From the NCBI RefSeq assembly GCF_009914755.1, contig NC_060936.1: DNA of 64,000 nt. One strand, given 5' to 3'. Source of the stretch: the human T2T-CHM13v2.0 reference genome, Homo sapiens. Position numbers and translations under genes: made by a program. Of the stretch, positions 29,689 through 43,187 are shown piece after piece. Every line of letters starts with the position of its first letter. Positions within the stretch are counted from its first letter, which is position 1. Below the pieces are notes generated by a model that saw only the letters and a list, made by a program, of their open reading frames with translations, was not told where the DNA came from and did not search any database.

Positions 29689-30978
29689 TCTTTATTAGCT
29701 CTAACAGATTTTCTTATTTTTCAAATTTATTCATTCACTTATTTTTTCATTCATTCAGATTCATTCAATGACACAGGCAGTGTGCCAGTGAGTCTCCCAA
29801 GTTCCATTCTATACTTGGGAACATTTCATTGCCCCCCTGCCACCCACTTCACACAGACACATACGTGTGTGTGCATGTGTGCACATGTGCACACACACTG
29901 CTGAAATTCTACTTCTGTAAATTCTTCAATTAATGGAAGAGAAGTCACCATTTTTCCATGTGTTTTTTCTTTCTAAAATTGTGCCATCCATGAATCTACC
30001 ATTCAAATAACAGTGATTCTTTTCATAAATAATTACTTACTTAATTTATGTTTTGCTCAGCTCTATCTCTTCAGTGCTGACTTTCTTAAGCTATAAAATC
30101 CTGGAGAGTAAAAATATATGCCTTTTCATCCCCTTTGCCCTTAGTCCAGCACCTGAGAAGCCGTTAAGAAATACCAACAATAATAATGCATTATGCACAG
30201 TGGTTGCACAATAAATATTGACAGAATGAAAACAATACCCTTAATAAATGTGAAAGAACAGAGTCTTCTTGTATTGCTGTTTTAAATATCCCGTAACTTC
30301 TGGTCAAATCTCCTTACTTGCTAAACGATACAAAAATTAAGTAATTTGTAAGACTTGCTCAAGATTTTATACTTCAGGATAGAGTGTATATTCATCAATG
30401 CAAGTAACTAAAATGTAGAAGAGTAAAATGAATTTTGATAAAGTTATTCCATTTTAATTTCAACACACAGGTGCTGGCACTGATAAATGTAACCTGAAGG
30501 TTTAATTCAGAGAAATCTTTGCCTTCAAGCATATTTAAAATAAGCTGTTTGCATTTTCCTGCATATAATTATTCTAACCCTGAAAGCACCTTTTAAATAT
30601 GGATTACAAATCCAGCTGCCTTAAAATGAAAGTAAAAGGTTTTCCTTTCTCAGTCTATTTTGTAAGTTGGAAATTAATGTAACAGAACTATTTTGAGCTT
30701 AGAGAGTTAAACCTTCTGACTAAATTCATGCTTAATTTTTTAATGTATTTGTGAGTTTACCAAGGTTTGCACAGAAGACAACTTTTAAAATATCAAAAAA
30801 ATTAACAATGCTTCATTTTTTTAACATTGTAATTTTTAAAATTAGTCATCTCTCCTCCTAGAGGGATACTTCACAAAAGAGGCATCCCTTGATCAGGCAG
30901 GGTTTACTCAGCCAAGTGCTTGGAATGAACCCAGAGGAACCAAAAGCCCTGATATTTCTGGTATTTATTTGCAAGAAA

Positions 30979-31427
30979 CAGTAGTCTCCCCATACCCATA
31001 GGGGTGAGTTCCAAGACCCCCAGTGAATGCCTGAAACTGAGGATAGTACCCAATCCAACTGCCATCAATAGGAACATGCTTCTTTTCATGTATTCTACTC
31101 ACAAACTGAAAGCCTTTGCCATATTGACTAAGGATTTATTACACACTGTGGCTGTACCTTTTGCAGTTTGAGGTGCAACAACAAAGCGAGCACGAATTTT
31201 TTTTCCTTCTTTACAATTTCATGAATGGAAGTCTCATCCCTACCATAGATCTTAGCAACCTCAGCACATAATATTTTTTTTCTTTATTGAGAACTTTCAC
31301 CTTTTCACTTAAAGCACTTTACAGCTTCTCCTTAGCATATCCCAATTGCCAGCATCATTACTTTTGTAGTGGTACCACAGGTAACTGAAACCACGAAAGT
31401 GAAACCCTGGATAAAGGGGAACTACTG
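30979..31427. mobile_element. MER2/MER2B-type TcMar-Tigger non-autonomous DNA transposon
   Basis: Terminal inverted repeats cagtagtctcccc / ggggaactactg with TA on the right flank; internal gttccaagacccccagtgaatgcctgaaac. Confidence 0.8.
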
Positions 31428-32054
31428 TATTCCCATTCTAATTGCTAGGATCCTGTTCCTAACTGGAAACTAACTTTAGAATATGCTAGAGAATTTATGT
31501 TCTGCAATTCAATAAAACATGTGATTGCCCTTGACAGTCTCAGGTCATTGACTTGAAGCAGAAAGTTTTGCTTAATGACTACAGAGCAGTCTTCCAATCC
31601 CCACCTGCTGAACTGGTGCTTATCTCTTACTTGTAATATCTTGTAAGGAATGCAAGAAACCTACAAACTCTACTATTCTGATTATTTCTACAAAGGTGAC
31701 CTTTGGTGAGTACGTGGTCTAAGTCCCAAGAAACAACACATTATAGTTTAACTTTGTTACCACACTTCAATAATTGTTTCTCAACCTGGTATATAGAAAT
31801 TCTAACCAGGCTCCTGATCCATTTTGCCTATTTCATATCTTAGAATCTCTTGGTTGTGCCACCACTTCCTGACACCAGTTGAGACACTTTGGGGTTGCAA
31901 GTGGGTTTGCACTTTGGGGTTGCAAAATCCAACTCAAACTAGCTTAATCATAAACTGGAATGTATTATCTCTTGGAATCCAGGGAAATGCTAAACAATAG
32001 TATATAGATGAGCCTCAATAAAAATGAACCAACAACAGATATGCTGCTGCTGCT

Positions 32055-33700
<1,646 letters not shown>

Positions 33701-33919
33701 CAATTTAGATTTCATTCTCTTTCATTATAAATTTTGTTTCTCCACAAGGCAAGAAACATAACCATCAAACATCTAAGTTTTATATCTTAAAGTTTCTTTG
33801 GCCATTAAAGGAAACATTGACTCTCTTTCTCTTGATTCCAGTTTTAAATTTCCTGAAAATAATTCTGATTGGCCTGACTTGAATTAGATCAATCTGAAAT
33901 ATTCCATTGTTGAGATGGC

Positions 33920-33975
33920 ATAAAGTGGCCAACTGTCCTGGTTTGCCTGAAACTAAAGGGTTTCCTGGGATACAA
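33920..33975. mobile_element. hAT-Blackjack (MER81/MER94-like) terminal fragment
   Basis: gtggccaactgtcctggtttgcctgaaactaaagggtttcctgggatac. Confidence 0.45.
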
Positions 33976-34139
33976 ATGCATTGACTCTGATACTACTGTT
34001 GATTATTTGTAATAGTAAATGAAACATCATGTCTAATGTATTCTGTGTGCTTCAAATCTTTTTAAAAGAAACTGAATTAACTAACTGGCATCCATTGCTC
34101 TTCTCAAAAATGTTTTTATATTTTGACTGAAACCCACCA

Positions 34140-34540
34140 TGTGTTATGGTTATCTCCTTTCTTTACGTTTCAGTATCCCTGAAACATATTATCCTGTTTC
34201 ACGCCTCGTATCTTTACATATGGTATTTCCACCCCTCCCTCCTTATTCATGTGTCATAATCCTCTTCATTTAAACTCAGCTCAGACACTGCTTTTGTGAA
34301 GTCATTGTGAATCCTGTTCTCCTCCCCTGGGAGAGTTAGTCATTCCCTGTTTTGTTCTCTACTCCCAGGATATATTTCTGTACTTGTCTCATAATTCTGT
34401 TTTATAATGATTTATTTACAAATATATCTCATCACTATCCTATAAGGTATATGAGGCCACATCTTTATATTCCCAGTGCCTAGCGCAAAGCCTGGCATAA
34501 TGGCAGTATCCCCATAAACGTTTGATAAATCGAAAAATCT
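34140..34540 (+). mobile_element. L2 3' fragment
   Basis: Ends catctttatattcccagtgcctagcgcaaagcctggcata, a canonical L2 terminus. Confidence 0.7.
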
Positions 34541-35519
34541 AAAATAGGAATATTTTAAATTTGGTTTGGGGCATCAGGTATCATGTACCTATTATTTCTA
34601 TGATCAGTCTCTGAATAATAGCCAGTATATCTGGCATATTTGTTAACATTTAAATTACAAATGATAGCGTATCAAGAATAATGTGATTACTAAAACCAGT
34701 AACGTGATTTGGGCCTTTAAAGAAGTTAATTTCAAGCTTGACTTTGCTGTAGGCCCAAAGTTTATAACTTGTTCCTAAATAGAAGTTAAATGATACCAAA
34801 ATAGATGTATAAATAAGAACAGAAAGTATGAACATAATCAGCCCTGTTCTCTGACAGGTGGGTTGGAGGCTGAGGATGCATCAAACAGTAAGGAAAGTCC
34901 TCTGTGGGCTAACGTGGGAGGGATAATTTGGCTTCCTCTCTCCACAGGCAGATGGAGGCCTTTTCCCCCTGCATAGTTTCTGAGAATGCAATGAGGAAAG
35001 ATGATTGGGATGCTCATGTGGAACAAGCATACTATTTGGCTTACATTAAAAAATAGAATGAAATGAGTATCCCTAGGGAGAACTAACTTACCCAAGACAC
35101 TTCAACATTTCTAGACTCATTTCTCTGAAACAGTCTAGAAATAGAAATATATACACATATTAGACTACATCTAGAAATGTATTTGTATATGTATTTCTAG
35201 ACACACACATACATACACATACATTACATAATATATGCATACACATACATATACACACACACACACACAAACTCTCTAATGAAAACTGTGCCAATTTCAA
35301 AAGTGAAGCTAAATTATATTTCAGTTATGCTCCCTTGCATCACAAAATGAGGCTCTCCAGCTTAATATTGGCATTCCCAAGCCAGGTCAAGAAAGTAGGA
35401 ACTGATAAGCTGTCTGGTATAATAGTTCTCTAGCTAAATCTCTAGAAAGGTGCTGCATCTGACATTTCTTCAAATTAGAGGAAATTTCATAAGACTTGGT
35501 AGGGAAAAATATGTCAGAT

Positions 35520-37030
35520 GACAGATATGTATATCTTCTTTCACTTTTGCCCAAAACGTCATTAAAATGATAGAAATATATTTGTAAAGGCATAAAGACA
35601 TAAAGACAAGCAGAACAAGAAAGGAAACTACAGTAACAAAATTCTGGATGCTATAAAGTAGTTACATGACAAATGACTAAGCAGACTTGAGAACTGGATC
35701 CAAAGCTAGCCATAGAAAAAACTAAAAATCAACCTGGTAAGACTACAGAGGACTCATGAATTCCATACCAGATATGTCTGAAAGAATAGGTGAATAAAAA
35801 GGCAAAAATAGCAACTATGTGAAAGAATATTTTAAAGCAGTTAGATTCCCATATGCCTTTCTCACTCTATAGCCTGGTGACTATCCGTCCCTCAATCTTG
35901 CAAAACACTGAAGATTTCTTCTCTTAGAAGAGTAAAACAGTTCTCTAAACTAATCACAGTTTAGGGTATGGTAACATAATGAAAATAGGTGATTGAGAAA
36001 ACAGGTATACTGGATGTTGACATTCCTGTGTGCCCTCTTTCCTTAAACAGCCCTAAGAACTTCCCATTAGGAGCTTAAAAGAGGGATTTCCTAGGATGTT
36101 CCGGTCAAAAGGAAAGATCTAAAGATGCTGTTGTCAAGACTTCTCCAACTAAACGGACCAATGGAATCAACCTAAAGCAAAGCTTATAGTGACAATGGCA
36201 TCTAGAAGACAATATGGTCATTGTTTTAATTTCTCTAGGGAATTTATTCTCAACACTAGAATTTCACATCCAGTCTATGAAGCAAGAGTGAGGACAGAAT
36301 AAAGACATTTGCATGAAATTACTGGGAGATGTGCTGCATAAAACAAGAAAAGGCATGGCATACAGAAATCAAGATATCCAACAAAGGAAAGAGGCAATAA
36401 AAATCCCCAAATGATGGAGAAGAATTGCAAGATTGATACCTATCAGAAGGAGTAGAAGGTGACCAGTCCGGATTTAAATGAATGGAAAGGCTCAGGTGAG
36501 ATTCTTCAGAGACATGAAGCATATAGAATACCTGATACACATAAACATGTTAAGAAAAGATGAATCTGGAATTGTGTTGACTATATATACATAGAAAATC
36601 AATCACAATTAGGAAAGACAATAATTAATCCTAGGGGAAATAAAACATTGTAATGGAAAGGAAGAGGAATCAGGGTTTAGCCTATGGATCAGTAACATTA
36701 TAAATAATGTCTGTCGACAAACATAACAAGTAAATAGAGAAGACTAATCTAACCCAAATTTTGCAATTAATGTGTTAAAGAGATAGTCATGGAAAACATG
36801 TGTGTGCTTGTGTGGGGTACTGTTATAGTAAGCGGTAGGAAAGAGAGGAATGCCATATTCCATAGTGGGATGTCAATAGATAATGTCTAAAACTGAAACA
36901 TTAAAAAGGAGCAAAACAAATAGATTAGAGACATAAAGATAAATACCCAGATAACTAGATAAAAGAGATGAAGGTGTTGGGAGGAAGAGAAGAAGATGGT
37001 TGGGGTACTGCTTTTTAAAATAATAATAAA
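35520..37030 (+). mobile_element. Old L1M fragments
   Basis: ctagaatttcacatccag and gtgaggacagaataaagacatt are ORF1-end-like motifs. Confidence 0.5.
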
Positions 37031-37211
37031 TAATATATAAATATTTGACAATTCAAGTAAAATCCTCTAAAACTTATATAATCTTGACTTTATGATATTA
37101 TATAATTTACCTAAATTGAATGCATCAATTCTCACCCATAATTACTTTTTGTAAGCTCAAACATTAAGAATTTGGCAATGTCTTATAACTCGCTTCTGTG
37201 TTAGGGACCTA

Positions 37212-37790
37212 TGGCAGAAAAACTCTGAAATTACCCCCAATTATCCCTGTTTCTCATGCCTTTGTGTAATCCCCTCCCCTTGAGTGGACGCAGAACCTCT
37301 GGTTTGTTTCTAGCTAATAGAATATGACAAAGACAATGGCATGTTAATTCCATAGTTATGTCACATAAGATTGTGACTTCCATTTTGCAAACATACCCTC
37401 TGTTGATTCTCTCCCTTTCTGGCTTTGATGAAGTAAGCTACCATATGGAAAGGCCATGTGGTAAGGAACTAAGGGAGGCTTACAAACTGAGGCTCTCGGT
37501 CAAGGAATTGAAAGCATTCAGCAAGGAACTGGGGTCCTCCATTGACAAACCACAAGGAACTGAATTCTGCCAACAGCCATGTGAGCTTGGAACCAGATCC
37601 TTCCCCAGTCGAGCCACAGACGAGGTCCCATTCCTGGGTGACACCTTGATTCTAGTCTTGTGAGAGAACATGAAACACAGGACCCAAGCCATGCTTGAAT
37701 ACCTGACACACGAAACTGTGAGATAATAAATATTTTGCATAAGGCACTAAATTTGTGGTAAAATGGCCACACAGCAATAGATGAATAAAG
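37212..37790 (+). mobile_element. MLT1F/G-like LTR
   Basis: gtaatcccctccccttgagtg, ctgaattctgccaacagccatgtgagcttgg; ends acagcaatagatgaata. Confidence 0.8.
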
Positions 37791-39048
37791 GATCTAACCA
37801 AAAGAGACCATGATTTGAGCACCTCTCCAACTCAGGTGTTACAAAACAAAGATTGTTGAGTTCTGCTTGTCAGAGGTATGAATTCTGACTGATTGCCCAA
37901 GCCTCCAGTTTGTTTGCATCATCCAGCTACTTAAGCTGACACTGCTACACCTAAGGTTCAGCACGGCAACCTCAGATGACTTCATTCTGGGCTACGTCAT
38001 CCAGAAGTCATAAAATTATCTCCCAAATATTAAAGAATTTAAACAAATTACTATCTTTAGCAGTGCCAATCAAATGTCACCCAAGAGGTAAAGTAATATT
38101 CACTTCAGTATTTTAGAGGGAAAAGTCATAAGAGGTAACACATAATAGAAATCTTCTATTTAATAAAATGTTAAGAGTAGATGGGAAAAATCAAGTTTTT
38201 CACCCTCTAAAAAGCATACATTCTAATTACAACACATTAAATATTTAACAAATCCTGAGTTCTAGGTAAATGGAAAGGAAATTTCCTTTGCTTTTAATTT
38301 AGAATAAAAGGTGATATGTGGGTGGTGAAATGGTGCAGCTTACAGTGCCTACATTATTGTACAGAAAGAAAGGGCAGCAGGGAGCTAGAATTATAGAAGC
38401 AGGAAAAAAATGGTATGACAACCAGGTAGGCAGCAATAGCCATTTGACTCTCTACCTACCAGCTCTCATAGGCTTCGCTGTCTTAGAGTTATTATAACTA
38501 TATTGCTAAAGGAAAAAAAAAGTGTGGTTATTTGTTACTTAGCTGTCCTTATCACACTGACTCAGAAATCAGGTGTATGTGTGGGAGAATTTTCAAAAGA
38601 AAATCCACATACAGCTGTGAATCACTCACCTGAAGAACAATGAGCCAAATGGGCAATCACTGAGACAAACTGTCACTTATCAAAACTCTATAAGCAATGC
38701 GGAGGTTAACCTGGGGGTCTGAATCTGTCAGTGCCAAGTTTCTTCCAGCTGTCACAATCAGACAAGCTGCCTCCATCATAAAATAATGCAAGCCAAATTC
38801 AACTGAGTGGGACTCAAAGAAACATCTGAAATTCAACAACAGCAGCCTTGCCATCTAGACTATTTTGTGACAAAGTTGATGACAAGGGGTTGGAAATGAC
38901 AGAATACATCAGTATGGAAGTCTCTCTTTAATGACCCGATGTCATGAATGAAGCATGAAGGACAAGTGACTAAACACATATCATTCTTATTTAATACCAT
39001 ATTGAGGACTAAGGCTCACATTATCCTCTACAGGTACTGCTTGGATCC

Positions 39049-39560
39049 TGTATTAGTTTCTTTTGCTGCTGTAACAAATTACCACAAATTTAGTGGCTTA
39101 AAACAATACAAATGCATTCTCTTTCAGCTCTGGAGGCCAGAAATAAAAAGTCAGTTTCACTGGGCTAAAGTCAAGGTGCCACAAGGGCTGCCTCCTCTAG
39201 AGGATCTGGGAATAATCTGTTTCTTGACTCTTCCAGCTACTAGTGGCTATGCTATGGGTATTCCTCATTGGCTCTGGCTCATGGCCCCTTCCTCCCATCT
39301 TCAAAGCCAACAGTTTAGTATCTTCTATCATTGCATTTCCTTATTCTTTCTGTAGTCTATTCCCCCTCTACCTCCCTCTTATAAGGACAGTTGTGATTAC
39401 ATTTAGGGTCCACCCAGATAACCCAGAATTATTTCCATATCTCAAAATCCTAATTCACATCACATCTGCAAAGGCTCTTTTGCTATAAAAGGTAACATTC
39501 ACAGTTTCCAGGAATTCCAACCTGGATATTTTTGGGAGCTATTATTCAGCATACCACAGG
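39049..39560 (-). mobile_element. MLT1B/C-like LTR
   Basis: tgtattagtttc...gctgctgtaacaaattaccac...ccaca. Confidence 0.85.
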
Positions 39561-40104
39561 TCCTGTCTCATAAATGTTTTAATTGGAAGCTGTTCGTCTG
39601 TGGTAAAGAGTTTATTACTCATATACAAAGCCATCTAAAATACAATAAATGTAAATTAATTAGAGATTGAAAATCAATAGTATTTTGACTCCTAAACACT
39701 TTATTAATTGTTCTGGGAAATTTTTGAGCCATTTCTCTTGGTAAACATAATGTAAAAAAACTAAAGAGCAGATTTTAGTGGGTCAATATTATCTTGGCAA
39801 TCTCATGAATACTGCTGTGTGTGTGTGCACGCACACATGCACACATAAGCACACGCAAGCTTGTGAGGGTCAGGAGATTGGATAAAGGTATACTAAAAGT
39901 GAACACTTAAAGAATTCTAATGATACCTGCATGCTGTACTCATGGAATGATTCACACTATAACAACTATGGGTGCTGGAATGTACTTCAGTAAGCATCAG
40001 GCAATTTTAATTCAAAAGACTCTGAGCAGATTTTGAAGCAGTTGCTCTGACACCTGAGGGTGTAACTATGTTTGAAGGTGTGTGGGATGTTGAGAGGAGA
40101 AGGA

Positions 40105-40290
40105 ACTAACTTTTATTAAATGGCTACTATGTTTCAGGTACAGAGTTACAGGTTTTACAAATTTTAATGTTAATTAAGGCTCACGACAACAGATGCTGCA
40201 GGTATTAAAAGAAGATAATAATACCCAGAGAGGATTAGGTAACTTTTCCAAGTTTGCCAGCTAGCAAGTGGTATAGCTAGACCCACATTT
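40105..40290. mobile_element. MIR fragment
   Basis: ggctactatgtttcagg...cagagaggattaggtaacttttccaag...cagctagcaagtgg matches the MIR core. Confidence 0.6.
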
Positions 40291-41826
40291 TTTGAAATCT
40301 AAATATCCATAATGGGGTTTTAGCATGTTAGAGCAGATATAGGAGAGGTCAAGAGTCAAGAAAACACAATGGTTCTTTCAGAAGAGCTCTGGGGAAAAAA
40401 GGAATGAGACAAGGGGAACAACATTATCACACACTGCACCAGCTGACTATAGTGGTAGGTCATAATGACTGCAAAACAGTGTGCTGGGCCCCATTTAGTG
40501 ATGACATCACAATACATAACTCTAAGCAAATAATGTTTCTACTTCTGATTCCTATTTCACTGCTTTGACCCTCCATCACTTACCTGGGCACAGAGTATTC
40601 ATGGTATCACTTCTCCCCATAAAATGGGTTTGACAACCAAGCCCAATTTCTTACTTCATCCTCAGATGTAGCCTTATACCTTTAAATGAACAGAGATTAA
40701 TTGCATAGATTTTCCATAATGGGGCTCATTCATTTTCCGTATTATAGTATCTACTTTCTAAAGCTGATTTTACTGAGATCTAATTTTCCAGCTCATGCCA
40801 CTATAGAAATGACTGTTAAAAACTTGATCCAACAGGAATCTGAGTCATTGCTACAATGGGAAAACATCTGTACCATAAAGAAGACAAGATTGTCATTTCA
40901 TTAGAATTCCTCTTGACTTTAAACCATTAATCTTTGTCAATAATGGGATATTCATTTGCAGCTCACTAACTGGAATAAAACTGAAAGTGATACCATCAAG
41001 ATATACATAATTCTTTGATAAAACCACAGCTTTAGGGTCCATGCCTCCAAGGATAATTAAAGAAATAGCTGTTGGTGTTCTGAGTCTGCTTGAGTAACCT
41101 ATAGTTTATGGGATAAAAGAGATAGATTAAGACAGGGCGAATCCAGGCCAAGACTTCACTGAGATCTCAAGTCTATGTATTGTGAACATATGTTTTGTGG
41201 GGGAAATGAATTAGGTAAGACATGTCATGAAACGAAGGACTGAGAGTCAATGTGGTTTTTTCTTTATAATACCTTCAGTAGCAAAAATTCCTTTCCTTAT
41301 TTATAGGCATCCTTTCATACTTTGCCTTTATCATAGAGAAGAATATATCTCTGGTCCTTTTTAGTCAATATCTATGAACAGCTGAAAATACAATGCAAGT
41401 AAGAATTGCTTCCCAAAGTTCCTGTTTGCATTTCCGTTTATTTACATATGTTCCTTTAGACCTATATAGACCCAAAACAACCTGAGATAAATGGCACTCA
41501 TAACTGTATCCCTCAGGGAAGCATATAATTAACAAAAGCCCATATATTTGAGCTTAACTGATTAATCATTTTCCCTCAACTCTTTCCATTATAATTCAGT
41601 TTGCTTTGTGTTAATTCCTTTTTTTAAATAATCTCTCAACTCCTCCTATCACCCAGGCTGAAAAACCCAGGAATCACCCAAGACCCTCTCCCTCAACTCC
41701 TGCAGCCAAAGCCCAGTCCAACAGAATCTATCCAACTTCCTTATTTCACTTTTCCAGCTCTGATTGGATTTGTATCTATAATAAATCAAAAAGAGGTCAA
41801 CTAAGAACAAAACTAACATCATTAGA

Positions 41827-41933
41827 ATAAAATCACCTTATAAACTGGAATGCAAGGTGCTAATGTTATTACTTTTCATTCTGATAAAATCACCTTATAA
41901 ACTGGAATGCACCATGCTAATGTTATTACTTTT
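41827..41933 (+). repeat. 57-bp period tandem duplication
   Basis: ataaaatcaccttataaactggaatgca...tgctaatgttattactttt occurs at 41827 and again at 41884. Confidence 0.92.
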
Positions 41934-41939
41934 ATCTTT

Positions 41940-42857
41940 TTTTTAGTTTGTACTGCACATCACAGTCTTAATTTTTTTAACTTTTAAGTTCATGGTTCAT
42001 ATGCAAGTTTGTTATATAGGTAAATTTGTGTGATGTGGGTTTATTGTACAGATTATTTTGTCACCCAGGTACTAAGTCTAGTACTCATTAGTTATTTTTC
42101 CTGATCCTCTCCACCCTTCCAGCCTCCACCCTCTGATAGGTCCCAGTGTATGTTGTTTCCCTCTATGACTTAAACAAAATGACAAAAAAGAGCAAACAAC
42201 CACATTTAAAAGTGGGCAAAGAACGTGAACACTTTCCTAAAGAAGATATACCTGTGGCCAACAAGCATATGAAAAAAAGCTCAATATCAATGATCATTAG
42301 AGAAATGCAAATCAAAACCACAATGAGATACCATCTCGCACCAATCAGAATGGCTAATATTAAAAAGTCAAAAAAATAGATGCTGTCAAGGTTGCAGAGA
42401 AAAGGGAACATTTATACACAGTTGGTGGGAATGTAAAATTAGTTCAACCATTGTGGAAGACAGTGTGGAAATTCCTCAAAGATCTAAAGACAGAAATACA
42501 ATTCAACCCAGTAATCCCATTACTGCATATATACTGAGAGGAATATAAATCATTCTGTCATAAAGACATGCACACATGTGTTCATTACAGCACTATTCAC
42601 AAAAGCAAAGACATGGAATCAAACTAAATGCCCATCAATGATAGACTGGATAAAGAAAATATGCTACCTATACACCATGGAATACTATCCAGTCATAAAA
42701 AATAATGAGATCATGTCCTTTGCAGGGACATGGCTGGAGCTGGAGGCCATTATCCTTAGCAAACTAATGCAAGAACAGAAAACCAAACATTGCCTGTTCG
42801 CACTTACAAGTGGGAGCTGAATGATGAGAATGCATGGACACACAGAGGGGAACAACA
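41940..42857 (-). mobile_element. 5'-inverted (twin-primed) L1PA insertion
   Basis: Antisense 3'UTR (41972-42166) joined directly to a sense ORF2-end/3'UTR segment (42167-42857); 16-bp TSD with one mismatch (41924-41939 / 42858-42873). Confidence 0.85.
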
Positions 42858-42954
42858 TATTATTTTTATCTTTACTTGAAAAGTATGTCTTGATTTCCTC
42901 CATATAAAATTCAAGACCTTGGGGATGCAGACAAAATAGGTTGTTTCATGTGGG

Positions 42955-43187
42955 GTTTATGATAGGCTGAATAATAGCCCTTTCAGGATGGCTACATCCT
43001 AATAACCAGAACCTGTGAATATTTTACCATAACCACACATCACAAATGGACCTATGAAGCTACAATTAAGGTTCCTGAGAGTGAGAGATTATTATGGATT
43101 ATCTGGATAGACCCAATGTAATCACAAGAGTCCTTAAAGAAGGAAAAAAGGGTCAGAGTCAGACAAGGTAATGAGAAGAGGGCAAGG
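42955..43187 (+). mobile_element. MLT1C/D-like LTR 5' fragment
   Basis: ggctgaataatagccc...cagaacctgtgaat...cccaatgtaatcacaagagtcctta. Confidence 0.65.
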
